Positions 10,550-20,124 of a stretch of 64,000 bases of DNA are shown in pieces. Made by a program: the position numbers and the translations under genes. The notes below the pieces were generated by a model. It was not told the origin of the DNA. It worked only from the letters and a program-made list of their open reading frames with translations, and made no database searches. Position 1 is the first letter of the stretch; every line of letters starts with the position of its first letter. Source of the DNA: an uncultured Octadecabacter sp. (lineage in GTDB: Bacteria > Pseudomonadota > Alphaproteobacteria > Rhodobacterales > Rhodobacteraceae); the NCBI GenBank assembly GCA_937891785.1, contig CALAGN010000030.1, positions 4,526 to 68,525 of the forward strand, given 5' to 3'.

Positions 10550-13045
10550 ATGAAAACGAATGTCAAAGCCCTTGTTGTCGGTGGTGGTGCCGTTGGCACC
10601 TCGATTGCCTATCATCTTGCCAAAGCGGGCTGGGACGATGTGATGTTGCTTGAACGCGACGAGCTGACTTCGGGGTCCACGTGGCACGCCGCTGGACTGT
10701 TGCCGTTGTTCAACATGTCATTCGCGACGACCCATATTCACAAGTATTCCGTCGATTTCTACAAGGCGCTTGAGGCTGAAACCGGCCTGAACGCGGGCTT
10801 TGCGGTAGTGGGTAATCTGCGCATGGCGCAAACGCAGGAACGCATGGATGAATTCATGCTTTATGCGTCCACGGCAGAAACCTGCGATGTGCCGTATCAA
10901 TGGCTGACGCCGGACGAGATTAAGGAACGCTGGCCGCTAATCCGCACCGACGATTTGAAAGGCGCGCTTTATCACCACACGGATGGTTATATTAACCCTG
11001 CCGACATGACGCAGGCCATGGCCAAGGGTGCGCGCCAGCATGGGGCAGTGATTGAACGCAAATGGCAGGCGGATGCGTTTCATTGGAACGGCACGCATTG
11101 GGAAGTGACCTGCACCAAGATGGTGGAAAAGGGTGGCAACCTTGTACCGTCGGACGAGCAGATCGTTATTACGGCAGAGCACGTGGTTACTGCGTCGGGC
11201 AATCACGCGCAGACCACTGCGAAAAAGCTAGGGATCAAAATTCCGGCCATTCCGGTCGAGCACCAGTTTATCGTCATGGACCAAGACCCCGCGCTGGTTG
11301 AATACCGCGCTGCGGGCAACGCTGAGCATCCCGTCGTGCGTGACGCTGATGCGCAGTCTTATGTACGCGAAGAACGTGGCGGCTGGATTCTCGGAGTCTA
11401 CGAAAAGAACGCGCCGGCGGTATTTGAACATGGGGTGCCTGATAGTTTCCGCGCCGACCTATTCCCACTCGATCTGGAACGGATCGAAGAGCAGTATATG
11501 GCGATGATCCACCGCGTGCCGTCCTGCGAAGACTCCGGCCTCAAGGATGATTTTAACGGCCCAATTTGTTACACACCTGACGGGAACCCGCTGGTTGGTC
11601 CGGCACCCGGCTTGCGCAACATGTGGTTGGCCGAAGGGTTCTCGTTCGGGATAACGGCTGCGGGTGGCACGGGATATTACCTTGCTCAGTTGATGGTCAA
11701 TGGCGAGGCCGAGATCGACATGGCAAGCCTTGATCCAAAACGCTACGGCGACTGGATGACGACCGAATTCGCGGCGCGCAAAAACGAAGAATGCTACGAC
11801 CACGTTTACGTCCTGCACCACCCCGACGAAGAACGCCCCGCCTGTCGCCCCCTGCGTACATCGCCCGCCTATGACCGTCAGGCTGCGCGCGGTGCGCAAT
11901 TTGGCTGGGTCAATGGCTGGGAGCGCCCGAATTACTATGCGCCGATGGGGTTCAACGACCACGATGCGCGCTCGTTCCGCCGTGGCGGATGGTGGCAATA
12001 TGCCGTTGACGAAGCAAAAGCGATCCGCGAGGGCGTTGGCTTGGTCGATGCGACTGCGTTTACGAAACACATCGTAAAGGGGCCCGGCGCGACTGCGTTT
12101 CTTGACTGGTTCACCACTAACAAATTGCCACGCGTTGGCCGGATAAATCTGACCTATGCGCTGACGGCGCACGGCACAACCCGCACCGAATACACCATCG
12201 TGCGTCTGTCCGACGAAGAATATTACCTTGTGTCTGCAGGGGGTTGGACGGACTATGACGCTGATTACTTGCGCAAGGCGATAGAAGATAAAGAGGCTGA
12301 ATTTGGCCGGATTGAATGCCAAAACGTCACAACACAGTGGGGCGTGTTCGCCATCGCAGGGCCGAAATCGCGCGATGTTCTGAACGCGGTGATCAAGGAC
12401 GCTGAGCCGGAAACGGCGCTGTCCAACAAGCGCTTTCCATGGCTATCGGCCAAGAAGATCGAACTGGGCATGTGCCCCGTCAATGCGATCCGCGTGGCCT
12501 ATACCGGCGAGCTGGGTTGGGAATTGCACCATCCCATCGAAATGCAAAACTACTTGTTCGATTTGCTGGAAAAAGCTGGCGAACCGCATGGCATGAAACT
12601 GGTGGGGGCGCGGGCGCAGAACTGGCTGCGGATGGAAAAATCCTACCGCGCGTTCGGCACGGAACTGGGCCGCGATGCGACCCCACTTGAGGCTGATTTG
12701 CCGCGCTTTGTGGACCTGACCAAGGACTTCCACGGCAAGGCGGCGATGGAAGAGCACGGTATCCGTGCCAAATGCGTGACACTGCTTATAAATGGTCCAG
12801 CCGATGCCGACCCTTGGGGTCGCGAGGCGCTTTACGCGGCTGACGGCACGCGCACAGGCCGCCTGACGTCGGGCGGATATTCGGTGGCCTTCGAGAAGTC
12901 CATCGGCATGGGTTATGTGAAACCAGAGCATGCCGAAGTGGGCACTAAGTTGCAGGTAAAGATGCAAGACAAACTGTGGGACTGCGAAATCGTCGAGGAC
13001 AGCCCCTATGATCCAGCCAACGCGACAATCCGCAAAGATGCCTAG
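10550..13045 (+). CDS. GcvT-family FAD-dependent oxidoreductase (dimethylglycine dehydrogenase-like: DAO domain plus aminomethyltransferase domain)
   Basis: GGGAVG, TSGSTWHAAG, YTPDGNPLVG, GWERPNY, RVAYTGELGWELH, RMEKSYR, TSGGYS; 831 aa. Confidence 0.9.
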   Translation: MKTNVKALVVGGGAVGTSIAYHLAKAGWDDVMLLERDELTSGSTWHAAGLLPLFNMSFATTHIHKYSVDFYKALEAETGLNAGFAVVGNLRMAQTQERMDEFMLYASTAETCDVPYQWLTPDEIKERWPLIRTDDLKGALYHHTDGYINPADMTQAMAKGARQHGAVIERKWQADAFHWNGTHWEVTCTKMVEKGGNLVPSDEQIVITAEHVVTASGNHAQTTAKKLGIKIPAIPVEHQFIVMDQDPALVEYRAAGNAEHPVVRDADAQSYVREERGGWILGVYEKNAPAVFEHGVPDSFRADLFPLDLERIEEQYMAMIHRVPSCEDSGLKDDFNGPICYTPDGNPLVGPAPGLRNMWLAEGFSFGITAAGGTGYYLAQLMVNGEAEIDMASLDPKRYGDWMTTEFAARKNEECYDHVYVLHHPDEERPACRPLRTSPAYDRQAARGAQFGWVNGWERPNYYAPMGFNDHDARSFRRGGWWQYAVDEAKAIREGVGLVDATAFTKHIVKGPGATAFLDWFTTNKLPRVGRINLTYALTAHGTTRTEYTIVRLSDEEYYLVSAGGWTDYDADYLRKAIEDKEAEFGRIECQNVTTQWGVFAIAGPKSRDVLNAVIKDAEPETALSNKRFPWLSAKKIELGMCPVNAIRVAYTGELGWELHHPIEMQNYLFDLLEKAGEPHGMKLVGARAQNWLRMEKSYRAFGTELGRDATPLEADLPRFVDLTKDFHGKAAMEEHGIRAKCVTLLINGPADADPWGREALYAADGTRTGRLTSGGYSVAFEKSIGMGYVKPEHAEVGTKLQVKMQDKLWDCEIVEDSPYDPANATIRKDA

Positions 13046-13051
13046 GTAAAC

Positions 13052-13073
13052 GGGCGGGCCAAATGGTCCGCCC
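13052..13073. terminator. Probable bidirectional intrinsic terminator hairpin
   Basis: GGGCGGGCCA-AA-TGGTCCGCCC between convergent genes. Confidence 0.6.
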
Positions 13074-13081
13074 TTCGCTGC

Positions 13082-13305
13082 TTAATTTTTGCGACAACCG
13101 AAATCATCATTTGTGATCACGCCATCACTGTTTTGGTCCATCATCTCTGACCAGCCCTCCCCGCCAGCGGTGAATTCAGCGCACGTGGCAAGGCCATCGC
13201 CGTCTGCATCAAGATCCCCGTTCTCAATGAAGTGTGTGCCGGGGGTGCCTTGGGCCATGGCGGCAGGGGTTGCTAGGGCGAGGGCAGGGTGAGGGCGCAA
13301 AACAT
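13082..13305 (-). pseudogene. Degraded exported EF-hand calcium-binding protein
   Basis: AAGGAG RBS plus ATG 13305 gives MFCALTLPSP*; restoring one base gives signal peptide MFCALTLALALATPAAMAQG, then HFIENGDLDADGDG..AEF..MDQNSDGVITNDDF. Confidence 0.7.
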
Positions 13306-13416
13306 GTGATACTCCTTATGTTTTAGATCGTATAACGGCCCAGTTAGGAGTTTCCGTCGCAGCGAAGCGACGTAGCCAAAGAATTTCGGAAGTAAGGTGC
13401 TTCTGGTGGCTGTCGC

Positions 13417-14496
13417 CTAAGCGCTGAACCGCGATGGGCTGACGGCTGAAACAATATCGGCCGCGACGTCGGGCGACTTCCCCGCGACAAGATCCGCCAA
13501 TAGCTGACTTGCTGCTGGTGCGGTTTGAAAGCCGTATCCGCCTTGACCAGCGCACCAGATGAAATTGCTGTCAATCTTGTCGCGCCCAAGCACGAGCTGG
13601 CGATCCGGCGCGAAGGTCCGCAACCCTGCCCAGTTCGACAACAAGCGCGTGACGGGTTCAGTGACGTGTTCCTCGTAGCGGGCCAGCCCTTCGGCGAGCA
13701 CCATGTCATTGGCCCATGCATCATGAGGCTCGCAGAGGTCTTCTTCGGCAGGGGACACGATCAATGCACCTGCGTCCGGCTTGCAGTACCAATCCTCGCC
13801 CGCGCCAAACACCATCGGCCATTTGGAGGTGTCGTGGTCGCCGGGTGCGGGAATCCGCGCCATGGAACGGCGTAGTGGCGTAAATCCAAGCGGGGTGATT
13901 CCAGCCAGTTGCGCAATTTGGTCGACCCACGCGCCAGTGGCGTTCACCAGCGAGGTGGATTCGTAGACCTGTTCTCCAGACGTCACCTGCCAACCTTTTG
14001 CAGTCCGCGTGATTGCATCGACGGGCGCATTTGTAATAACTTGCCCGCCATTGCTGCGGATTTCGCGGGCAAAATTCTGGATCAGCAGGTCAGTATCGAT
14101 ATCCCAAGCAGATGTATCAATCGCGACCCGATCTACAACGTCCGTGTTGATGATCGGCATCAGAGCTTGTGCCTCTTGTGGGGTGATTTCGTCCAGGCTC
14201 ATATCGGTGATATCTTTGCGATAGGCAGTGCCGGTTGCAGCGGTTCCCACAAGCATCAGCCCGCGCGGAGATAGAACACCGCCGTTGGCTGTCGCGTGAT
14301 AGTCATTTGACGCGCGGTTCAGGGCGATGACCGATGGCTTGCCATAGCTTTCTTCGAACAGCGCCGCCGAGCGACCCGAGGCGTGATATGCTAGCGCGGC
14401 TTCACGCTCCAGGACTGTCACGCGGCCCAGATGCGAAAGCCGTGCGCCTGCGGAGATGCCAGCGATGCCGCCGCCGATAATCATAAAGTCCTGCAT
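13417..14496 (-). CDS. FAD-dependent oxidoreductase, D-amino acid oxidase/glycine oxidase family
   Basis: IIGGGIAG, HASGRSAA, VNATGAWVD, WAGLRTFAPD, GQGGYGFQTAPA. Confidence 0.9.
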   Translation of the reverse strand: MQDFMIIGGGIAGISAGARLSHLGRVTVLEREAALAYHASGRSAALFEESYGKPSVIALNRASNDYHATANGGVLSPRGLMLVGTAATGTAYRKDITDMSLDEITPQEAQALMPIINTDVVDRVAIDTSAWDIDTDLLIQNFAREIRSNGGQVITNAPVDAITRTAKGWQVTSGEQVYESTSLVNATGAWVDQIAQLAGITPLGFTPLRRSMARIPAPGDHDTSKWPMVFGAGEDWYCKPDAGALIVSPAEEDLCEPHDAWANDMVLAEGLARYEEHVTEPVTRLLSNWAGLRTFAPDRQLVLGRDKIDSNFIWCAGQGGYGFQTAPAASQLLADLVAGKSPDVAADIVSAVSPSRFSA

Positions 14497-14544
14497 GGCG
14501 ATGTCCCGTCAAAGTCTTGTGCGTGAACGTAAATCAAGCTGACG

Positions 14545-14567
14545 GCAGACTTTCAAGGAAAGTCTGC
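14545..14567. promoter_or_regulatory. Perfect inverted repeat upstream of the DAO-family oxidoreductase (candidate operator)
   Basis: GCAGACTTTC-AAG-GAAAGTCTGC. Confidence 0.4.
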
Positions 14568-14574
14568 ATCTAAA

Positions 14575-14612
14575 TGATGAATGGCCCGCCGTTTCGGGCG
14601 GGCCATTCATCA
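14575..14612 (-). terminator. Intrinsic terminator of the xdh/purine ABC operon
   Basis: 16-bp perfect stem TGATGAATGGCCCGCC / GGCGGGCCATTCATCA with a 6-nt loop, just downstream of the BMP gene stop. Confidence 0.7.
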
Positions 14613-14628
14613 GTTTCTAAAGGTCGGC

Positions 14629-15711
14629 TTAGGACGGGATGTCGCCGTCCACACCTTCGACGTAAAAGTTCAGACCAGCCAGTGCGCCATCGTCGGCCAC
14701 TTCGCCTTCAGCCAGCCAGACGGAACCGTCCTGCTTGTTGATCGGGCCTGTGAACGGGTGATAGCTGCCGTCAGCGATCGCATCGCGCATGGCTTCGGCT
14801 TCGGCTTTGATGTCAGCAGGAACCGCATCGGAAATCTCGCCGATGCCAACCATGCCAGTACCGATACCGTCCCAACGGTTCGAGGTTGTCCATGTGCCAT
14901 CCATGACGGCCTGCACACGTTCAATATAGTAGGGCGCCCAGTTGTCGATGATCGAGCTGATCCGCGGCATCGGGCCGTATTCTGCCATGTCGGCAGCTTG
15001 ACCGAATGTGTAAACGTTGCCGGCCTCTCTTGCTGCTGCATGGGGCGCAGTTGAATCGGTGTGCTGAAGGATCACGTCACAACCCTGTTCGATCAGCGCC
15101 TTGGCTGCGTCTGCTTCTTTGGCGGGGTTCAGCCACTCAAAGATCCAGATGATCTTGAATTCCACATCAGGGTTTACCTTGGAGGCGTGCAGGTAGGCCG
15201 AGTTGATGCCGCGCACAACTTCGGGGATCGGCACGGATGCGATGTAGCCCACTTTGTTGGTCTTGGTCATCTTGCCGGTCAGGTGGCCCTGAATGGCGCG
15301 TCCTTCGTAGAAGCGCGCGGAATAGGTCGACACGTTTTCAGCAGATTTGTAGCCGGTGGCGTGCTCGAATTTCACGTTAGGGAATTTGGCTGCAACGTTA
15401 ATGGTCGGGTCCATAAAGCCGAACGACGTGGTAAAGATGATATCAGCGCCGCCAAGAGCCATTTGGGTCATCGCGCGTTCGGCGTCAGGGCCTTCGGGCA
15501 CGGATTCCTGATAAACCAGCTCAACGGAATCACCAAAGTGCGTGACCATTTCGCCAGCCGAATGGTGGTGATACTGCGTCCAGCCGCCATCGTTGATCGG
15601 GCCGACATAGATAAAGCCGACTTTGGTTTTTTCCTGTGCGCGCAGCGGTGCGCCGAAGGCTGTTGAAAGTGCAGCAGCGGCACCCGATGCAAGTAGTGTT
15701 CTACGTTTCAT
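14629..15711 (-). CDS. BMP-family ABC transporter substrate-binding protein (purine/nucleoside type), Tat-type signal
   Basis: MKRRTLL twin-arginine; KVGFIYVGP..DGGW, TTSFGF, EHATGYK, IPEVVRGINS, QHTDS. Confidence 0.92.
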   Translation of the reverse strand: MKRRTLLASGAAAALSTAFGAPLRAQEKTKVGFIYVGPINDGGWTQYHHHSAGEMVTHFGDSVELVYQESVPEGPDAERAMTQMALGGADIIFTTSFGFMDPTINVAAKFPNVKFEHATGYKSAENVSTYSARFYEGRAIQGHLTGKMTKTNKVGYIASVPIPEVVRGINSAYLHASKVNPDVEFKIIWIFEWLNPAKEADAAKALIEQGCDVILQHTDSTAPHAAAREAGNVYTFGQAADMAEYGPMPRISSIIDNWAPYYIERVQAVMDGTWTTSNRWDGIGTGMVGIGEISDAVPADIKAEAEAMRDAIADGSYHPFTGPINKQDGSVWLAEGEVADDGALAGLNFYVEGVDGDIPS

Positions 15712-15768
15712 ATTGTATTCTCCCTAGTGTTGACCGGCAGCAGACCCGGCGTAAATATGCCCCGTGCG

Positions 15769-16677
15769 TTAGCGCGAAGCGTGGAAAGTTTTACCCAATG
15801 ATCCCGGGCCACGGCTGCCCGATAGGACGACAAGGACTACGATTGTGGCAATATATGGAGACATGGAAAGGTATTCCACAGGGATAGCAAGCCCTGTTGC
15901 CTGCAAGTTTAACTGCAATGCTGTGACTCCGCCAAAAAGATAGGCACCTGCCACTAATCTGCCCGGTTTCCAGCTCGCAAAGACAACAATCGCGAGTGCA
16001 ATCCAGCCCGCGCCAGCGGTGATTCCGTCAGTCCACTGCGGCACCCGCACAAGGCTGATATAAGCCCCGCCGATACCCGCACAGGCCCCGCCAAACAGGA
16101 TCGCGCCAAAGCGGATCAGGCGGACGTTATAGCCCAAGGCATGGGCTGCTTCGTGGTTTTCGCCGACCGCCCGAAGGACCAGGCCGCCACGTGTATGCCG
16201 TAAGAAATATCCAACGGCAGCGACCAGCGCGATAGAGATATAGACCAGCAGATCATGCTTAAAGAAGATATGGCCGATCGCGGGGATATCGGACAACAGC
16301 GGGATAGCTAATTTTGGCACAAGCACTTGAGTATCCGTCGAATAGCCTTGACCAACCATCGCCGCCAGCCCGACCCCAAACAGGGTAAGTGCCAAACCCG
16401 TCGCGACCTGATTGGTCAGTAGAAACAAGGTCAACACGCCGAAAATCGCGGCGACACATGCGCCGCCTACGGCAGCTCCCGCAAATCCGGCAACCGCCGA
16501 TGATGTCTCGTGGCCAGCGATATAACCACAGACAGCGCCCGTGATCATCATACCTTCAACGCCAAGGTTAAGGACGCCTGCGCGCTCTACTACAAGTTCG
16601 CCAATCGCGGCGAGCAGGATCGGGGTTGAGGCGACGATAACCGCGGCCAAGAGGAAAATGATGTTGATATCACCCAT
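15769..16677 (-). CDS. Nucleoside/purine ABC transporter permease
   Basis: GELVVERAGVLNLGVEG, LRAVGEN, GAGWIALAIVVFASW, PYIATIVVL. Confidence 0.92.
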   Translation of the reverse strand: MGDINIIFLLAAVIVASTPILLAAIGELVVERAGVLNLGVEGMMITGAVCGYIAGHETSSAVAGFAGAAVGGACVAAIFGVLTLFLLTNQVATGLALTLFGVGLAAMVGQGYSTDTQVLVPKLAIPLLSDIPAIGHIFFKHDLLVYISIALVAAVGYFLRHTRGGLVLRAVGENHEAAHALGYNVRLIRFGAILFGGACAGIGGAYISLVRVPQWTDGITAGAGWIALAIVVFASWKPGRLVAGAYLFGGVTALQLNLQATGLAIPVEYLSMSPYIATIVVLVVLSGSRGPGSLGKTFHASR

Positions 16678-16765
16678 GACGCACCTCCATGCAGCAGGTG
16701 GCAGTTCCCGCAGATATCAGCGCGGCGCCCATGATCAACGGCATCTTTGCGTGGTTCATCTTCAT
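16670..16765 (-). CDS. 31-aa mini-ORF bridging the two permease genes (MKMNHAKMPLIMGAALISAGTATCCMEVRHG)
   Basis: ATG overlaps the upstream TGA (ATGA); stop overlaps the downstream start by 8 nt; spans the whole 84-nt gap; below the ORF-track cutoff. Confidence 0.4.
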   Translation of the reverse strand: MKMNHAKMPLIMGAALISAGTATCCMEVRHG

Positions 16766-17862
16766 GCGATGGCCCCTTTGCTGAAACGTATGCGGTAGTT
16801 AGTAAGCACATCGACGGCCAACAGCGAAAATAACAGCATTCCCTGAAAGACCTGGATCGAGGCGGAGGGCAGCTGCAGTGGCTGCAATGCAGCATCGCCA
16901 CCAATATAGGTCAGCGCCATAAGCAGCCCCGCCAGCATAATCCCGATGGGATGCAACCGACCAAGGAAGGCAACGATAATCGCCGTGAAGCCATAATAGG
17001 CGGGAAACGAGCCAAGAATTTGCCCTGATGGGCCTGCGACTTCGAACATGCCCGCCAGGCCAGCCATGCCACCCGACAGCACCATGCACAGGATGATCAA
17101 TCTGTTCGGATTCACACCAGAAAATGCTGCGGCGCGCGGGCTTTGGCCTGCAAGACGCACGTTAAACCCAAACCGGTGCCGCGTGAGGAAAACATAGGCG
17201 ACGACGACGGCAAACAATGCCGTAATGACGCCCCAGTGAATGCCCGATCCGAATGACCCAAGGTTGGGAAACAGATCACCGTTGGCGGCAGCAGGGTATT
17301 CCTTGAGGCTGCGGCTTCCGGGGAATCCCATGCCATCGGGGTTGCGCATCAAACCGACTGAAAAGGCGTTGATCAACACTTCGGCCACATAGACCAGCAT
17401 CAGTGACACAAGGATCTCGTTTGTCTTGAAATACACCCTGAGAAGCGCAGGGATCATCGCCCATGCCGCCCCGCCCGCGATGCCTGCAACGATCATCAAC
17501 GGAAAGATCATCCAGCGCGCCTCGAGCGGATAAAACGCCAGCGCGACACCTGCCGCGCAGATTGCGCCAATGATGTATTGCCCTTCGGCACCGATATTCC
17601 AGATACCCGCCTGAAAGCCGAACGAAAGACCGATCGCAATCAAGATAAGTGGTGCGGCCTTGATCAGAAGTTCGGGAAGATAGAAGGCTGCGAAGTCACC
17701 AAAGAGCGGATCCCAGAAGATCATACGCGTGGCAGCGATCGGGTCTTTACCCAAAAGCCAGAACAACACGCCACCCAATAGAATTGTGATGACAACAGCC
17801 AAAAGCGGTGCTGCGTATGTCCATGCCTTTGAAGGCTGGGGCCGTTTTTCAAGCCTCAACAT
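16762..17862 (-). CDS. Nucleoside/purine ABC transporter permease
   Basis: WNIGAEGQY, TNEILVSLML, GFTAIIVAFLGRLHP; multiple TM segments. Confidence 0.92.
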   Translation of the reverse strand: MLRLEKRPQPSKAWTYAAPLLAVVITILLGGVLFWLLGKDPIAATRMIFWDPLFGDFAAFYLPELLIKAAPLILIAIGLSFGFQAGIWNIGAEGQYIIGAICAAGVALAFYPLEARWMIFPLMIVAGIAGGAAWAMIPALLRVYFKTNEILVSLMLVYVAEVLINAFSVGLMRNPDGMGFPGSRSLKEYPAAANGDLFPNLGSFGSGIHWGVITALFAVVVAYVFLTRHRFGFNVRLAGQSPRAAAFSGVNPNRLIILCMVLSGGMAGLAGMFEVAGPSGQILGSFPAYYGFTAIIVAFLGRLHPIGIMLAGLLMALTYIGGDAALQPLQLPSASIQVFQGMLLFSLLAVDVLTNYRIRFSKGAIA

Positions 17863-19372
17863 GGGCTACCTCCATGTCATGTGCGCCGCCAAGCATCAGG
17901 CCGATTTCATCGACCGTAAGACCCTGTGCGGGGCGTGGTTCGGACAGGGCACCACCATTCAGCGCTGCAAAGCGGTCCGAGATTTCCATCAATTCGTCCA
18001 GATCCTGCGAGATGCAGATGACTGCTGAGCCATTTGCCGCCAAATCAAGCAATGCCTGCCGGATTGACGCCGCTGCGGCTGCATCGACGCCCCATGTGGG
18101 CTGGTTGACGATCAGCACCTCGGGATCTTGCAAAATCTCGCGACCGATCACGAATTTTTGCAAGTTGCCGCCTGACAGTGATCGCGCGGCGTTGTCGGGG
18201 CTGGGCGTGCGTACGTCAAATGTCTGAATGACTTTCTCGGCGTAGGCGCGTGCTTTGCCCCACTGCAAGAAGCCATTCTTCGAAAGCCCCATTCGGGTTT
18301 CCGCCGTCAAGAAACCGTTCTCAATTAAGGTCATGTCAGGCGCTGCCGCATGTCCCATGCGTTCTTCAGGGGCCGACAGCAAGCCAAGCGCGCGCCGTCC
18401 GTTGGGGCGCATTTGGCTAATGTCTTTGTCTTGGAAACTGACCATTCCAGCAGGCGTCGGCATTTCGCCCGATAGGGCCAGCAGCAATTCGTCTTGCCCG
18501 TTCCCTGCAACGCCGCCGATGCCTAAAATCTCGCCGCGCCGCACCTCAACGTTGATATTGCGCAACGGGGTGCCAAATTCGGTCGGCGCGGGTGCGCTTA
18601 GTCCCTTGAGGGACAAAATAACATCCCCCGCCTCGGTTGGTGCGCGCTCGGGCACATGTAGGGTGCCGCCGACCATCAGTTCTGCCATATCACGGGCAAG
18701 AGTTTCGGCAGGCACACAGGTGCCGACGACTTCACCCAGCCGCAGAATCGTCGCGTGATCGCAAAGCGTGCGAATTTCCTTGAGCTTGTGGGAAATATAA
18801 AGGATCGCGGTGCCTTCGTTGCGCAGCTTATTAAGTGTTTCAAACAGAATATCGACTTCTTGCGGGGTCAGGACGCTGGTGGGTTCGTCCATGATCAACA
18901 GCTTGGGGTCTTGCAAAAGGCAGCGAATTATCTCGACCCGCTGGCGTTCGCCTGCGCTTAGGTCGCCGACGATACGGGAAGGATCAAGGGGCAGGCCATA
19001 GAGCTCGGACACCTCGGTAATTTTGGCGGCCAGATCGCGCTGCGAGGGCGGATTTTCCATCCCCAAGGCGATATTTTCGGCCACATTCAACGCGTCAAAC
19101 AGCGAGAAATGCTGGAACACCATCGCCACGCCGGAATTGCGCGCAGCGCGCGGGTCCGCAGGGCGGTAAGGGGCGTCTTCAAGGGTCATCGACCCGGAGT
19201 CAGGATGAACAAGTCCGTAGATCGTTTTCACCAACGTTGATTTGCCCGCACCGTTTTCACCCAGCAGGGCGTGGACCTCGCCCTTGCGAATATCAAATGT
19301 GACATCCTTATTGGCGACAACGCCCGGATAGCCCTTTGTCAGCCCCTTAAGTTGCAATAATAGATTGCTCAT
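17849..19372 (-). CDS. Nucleoside/purine ABC transporter ATP-binding protein (two NBDs)
   Basis: GENGAGKST, LSAGERQRVEI, MDEPT, LSGGNLQK; start ATG 19372 overlaps the xdhC stop. Confidence 0.93.
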   Translation of the reverse strand: MSNLLLQLKGLTKGYPGVVANKDVTFDIRKGEVHALLGENGAGKSTLVKTIYGLVHPDSGSMTLEDAPYRPADPRAARNSGVAMVFQHFSLFDALNVAENIALGMENPPSQRDLAAKITEVSELYGLPLDPSRIVGDLSAGERQRVEIIRCLLQDPKLLIMDEPTSVLTPQEVDILFETLNKLRNEGTAILYISHKLKEIRTLCDHATILRLGEVVGTCVPAETLARDMAELMVGGTLHVPERAPTEAGDVILSLKGLSAPAPTEFGTPLRNINVEVRRGEILGIGGVAGNGQDELLLALSGEMPTPAGMVSFQDKDISQMRPNGRRALGLLSAPEERMGHAAAPDMTLIENGFLTAETRMGLSKNGFLQWGKARAYAEKVIQTFDVRTPSPDNAARSLSGGNLQKFVIGREILQDPEVLIVNQPTWGVDAAAAASIRQALLDLAANGSAVICISQDLDELMEISDRFAALNGGALSEPRPAQGLTVDEIGLMLGGAHDMEVAHVEA

Positions 19373-20124
19373 CCCGCCGTTTCCCCCTGTCGGATTGCTA
19401 CATCCGCTTGTCCCAAAAGCGCAGCCGCGACACCCACCGCGATTGCATGTGGATGTTTGCCCAATTCGGGCTGCCCGATCGGGCAGGCAATGCGCGAAAT
19501 CTGTTCGTGTGTATGGCCCAGCTTGCTCAAACGTCCACGAAACCGCGCCCATTTTGTCGCCGACCCGATTAGCCCGGCACTTGCAAAACCACGGCGCAGC
19601 AACGCGTCACACAACGCAAGATCGATCTCGTGGCTATAGGTCAAAATCAAGTGGTTGGCCGCGTCTGGCGCATGCTGCGCAAGACGCGCCATTTCGCTGG
19701 CGGGCACTGATGTGACACCCTCGGGGATCACCTCTGGAAAGCGGGCCTGCGTCGTGTCGACCCATGTGATTTCATAGTCGGGCAACGGGGCCATGACCGC
19801 CACGATTGCGCGGCCAACGTGGCCCGCACCCCACACCCACAGTGGTGCAGCGACTGGCGTGACTTCGGCTGCGTTCAACGCCCAATCAAGTGTGACAGAC
19901 CCACCGCAGCACTGCCCCAATCCCGGCCCCAGCAGCATCGTGCGCGACAGGGTATATTGCTCTGATTTCAACATGCGCCGCGCTGTATGTGTGGCTTCCC
20001 ATTCCAATGCGCCACCACCGATCGTGCCCGTTTGCCCGTCTTCCCAGACAGTCATCGTGGCACCCGCGTCGCGTGGGGCGGACCCCGCGGTGCTGGTGAT
20101 CGTAATCTGGATGAAATCGCTCAT
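19369..20124 (-). CDS. xdhC: Xanthine dehydrogenase accessory protein XdhC
   Basis: GSAPRDAGA, GTIGGGALE, LGQCCGG, GAGHVG, GLIGSATKW, CPIG. Confidence 0.95.
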   Translation of the reverse strand: MSDFIQITITSTAGSAPRDAGATMTVWEDGQTGTIGGGALEWEATHTARRMLKSEQYTLSRTMLLGPGLGQCCGGSVTLDWALNAAEVTPVAAPLWVWGAGHVGRAIVAVMAPLPDYEITWVDTTQARFPEVIPEGVTSVPASEMARLAQHAPDAANHLILTYSHEIDLALCDALLRRGFASAGLIGSATKWARFRGRLSKLGHTHEQISRIACPIGQPELGKHPHAIAVGVAAALLGQADVAIRQGETAG

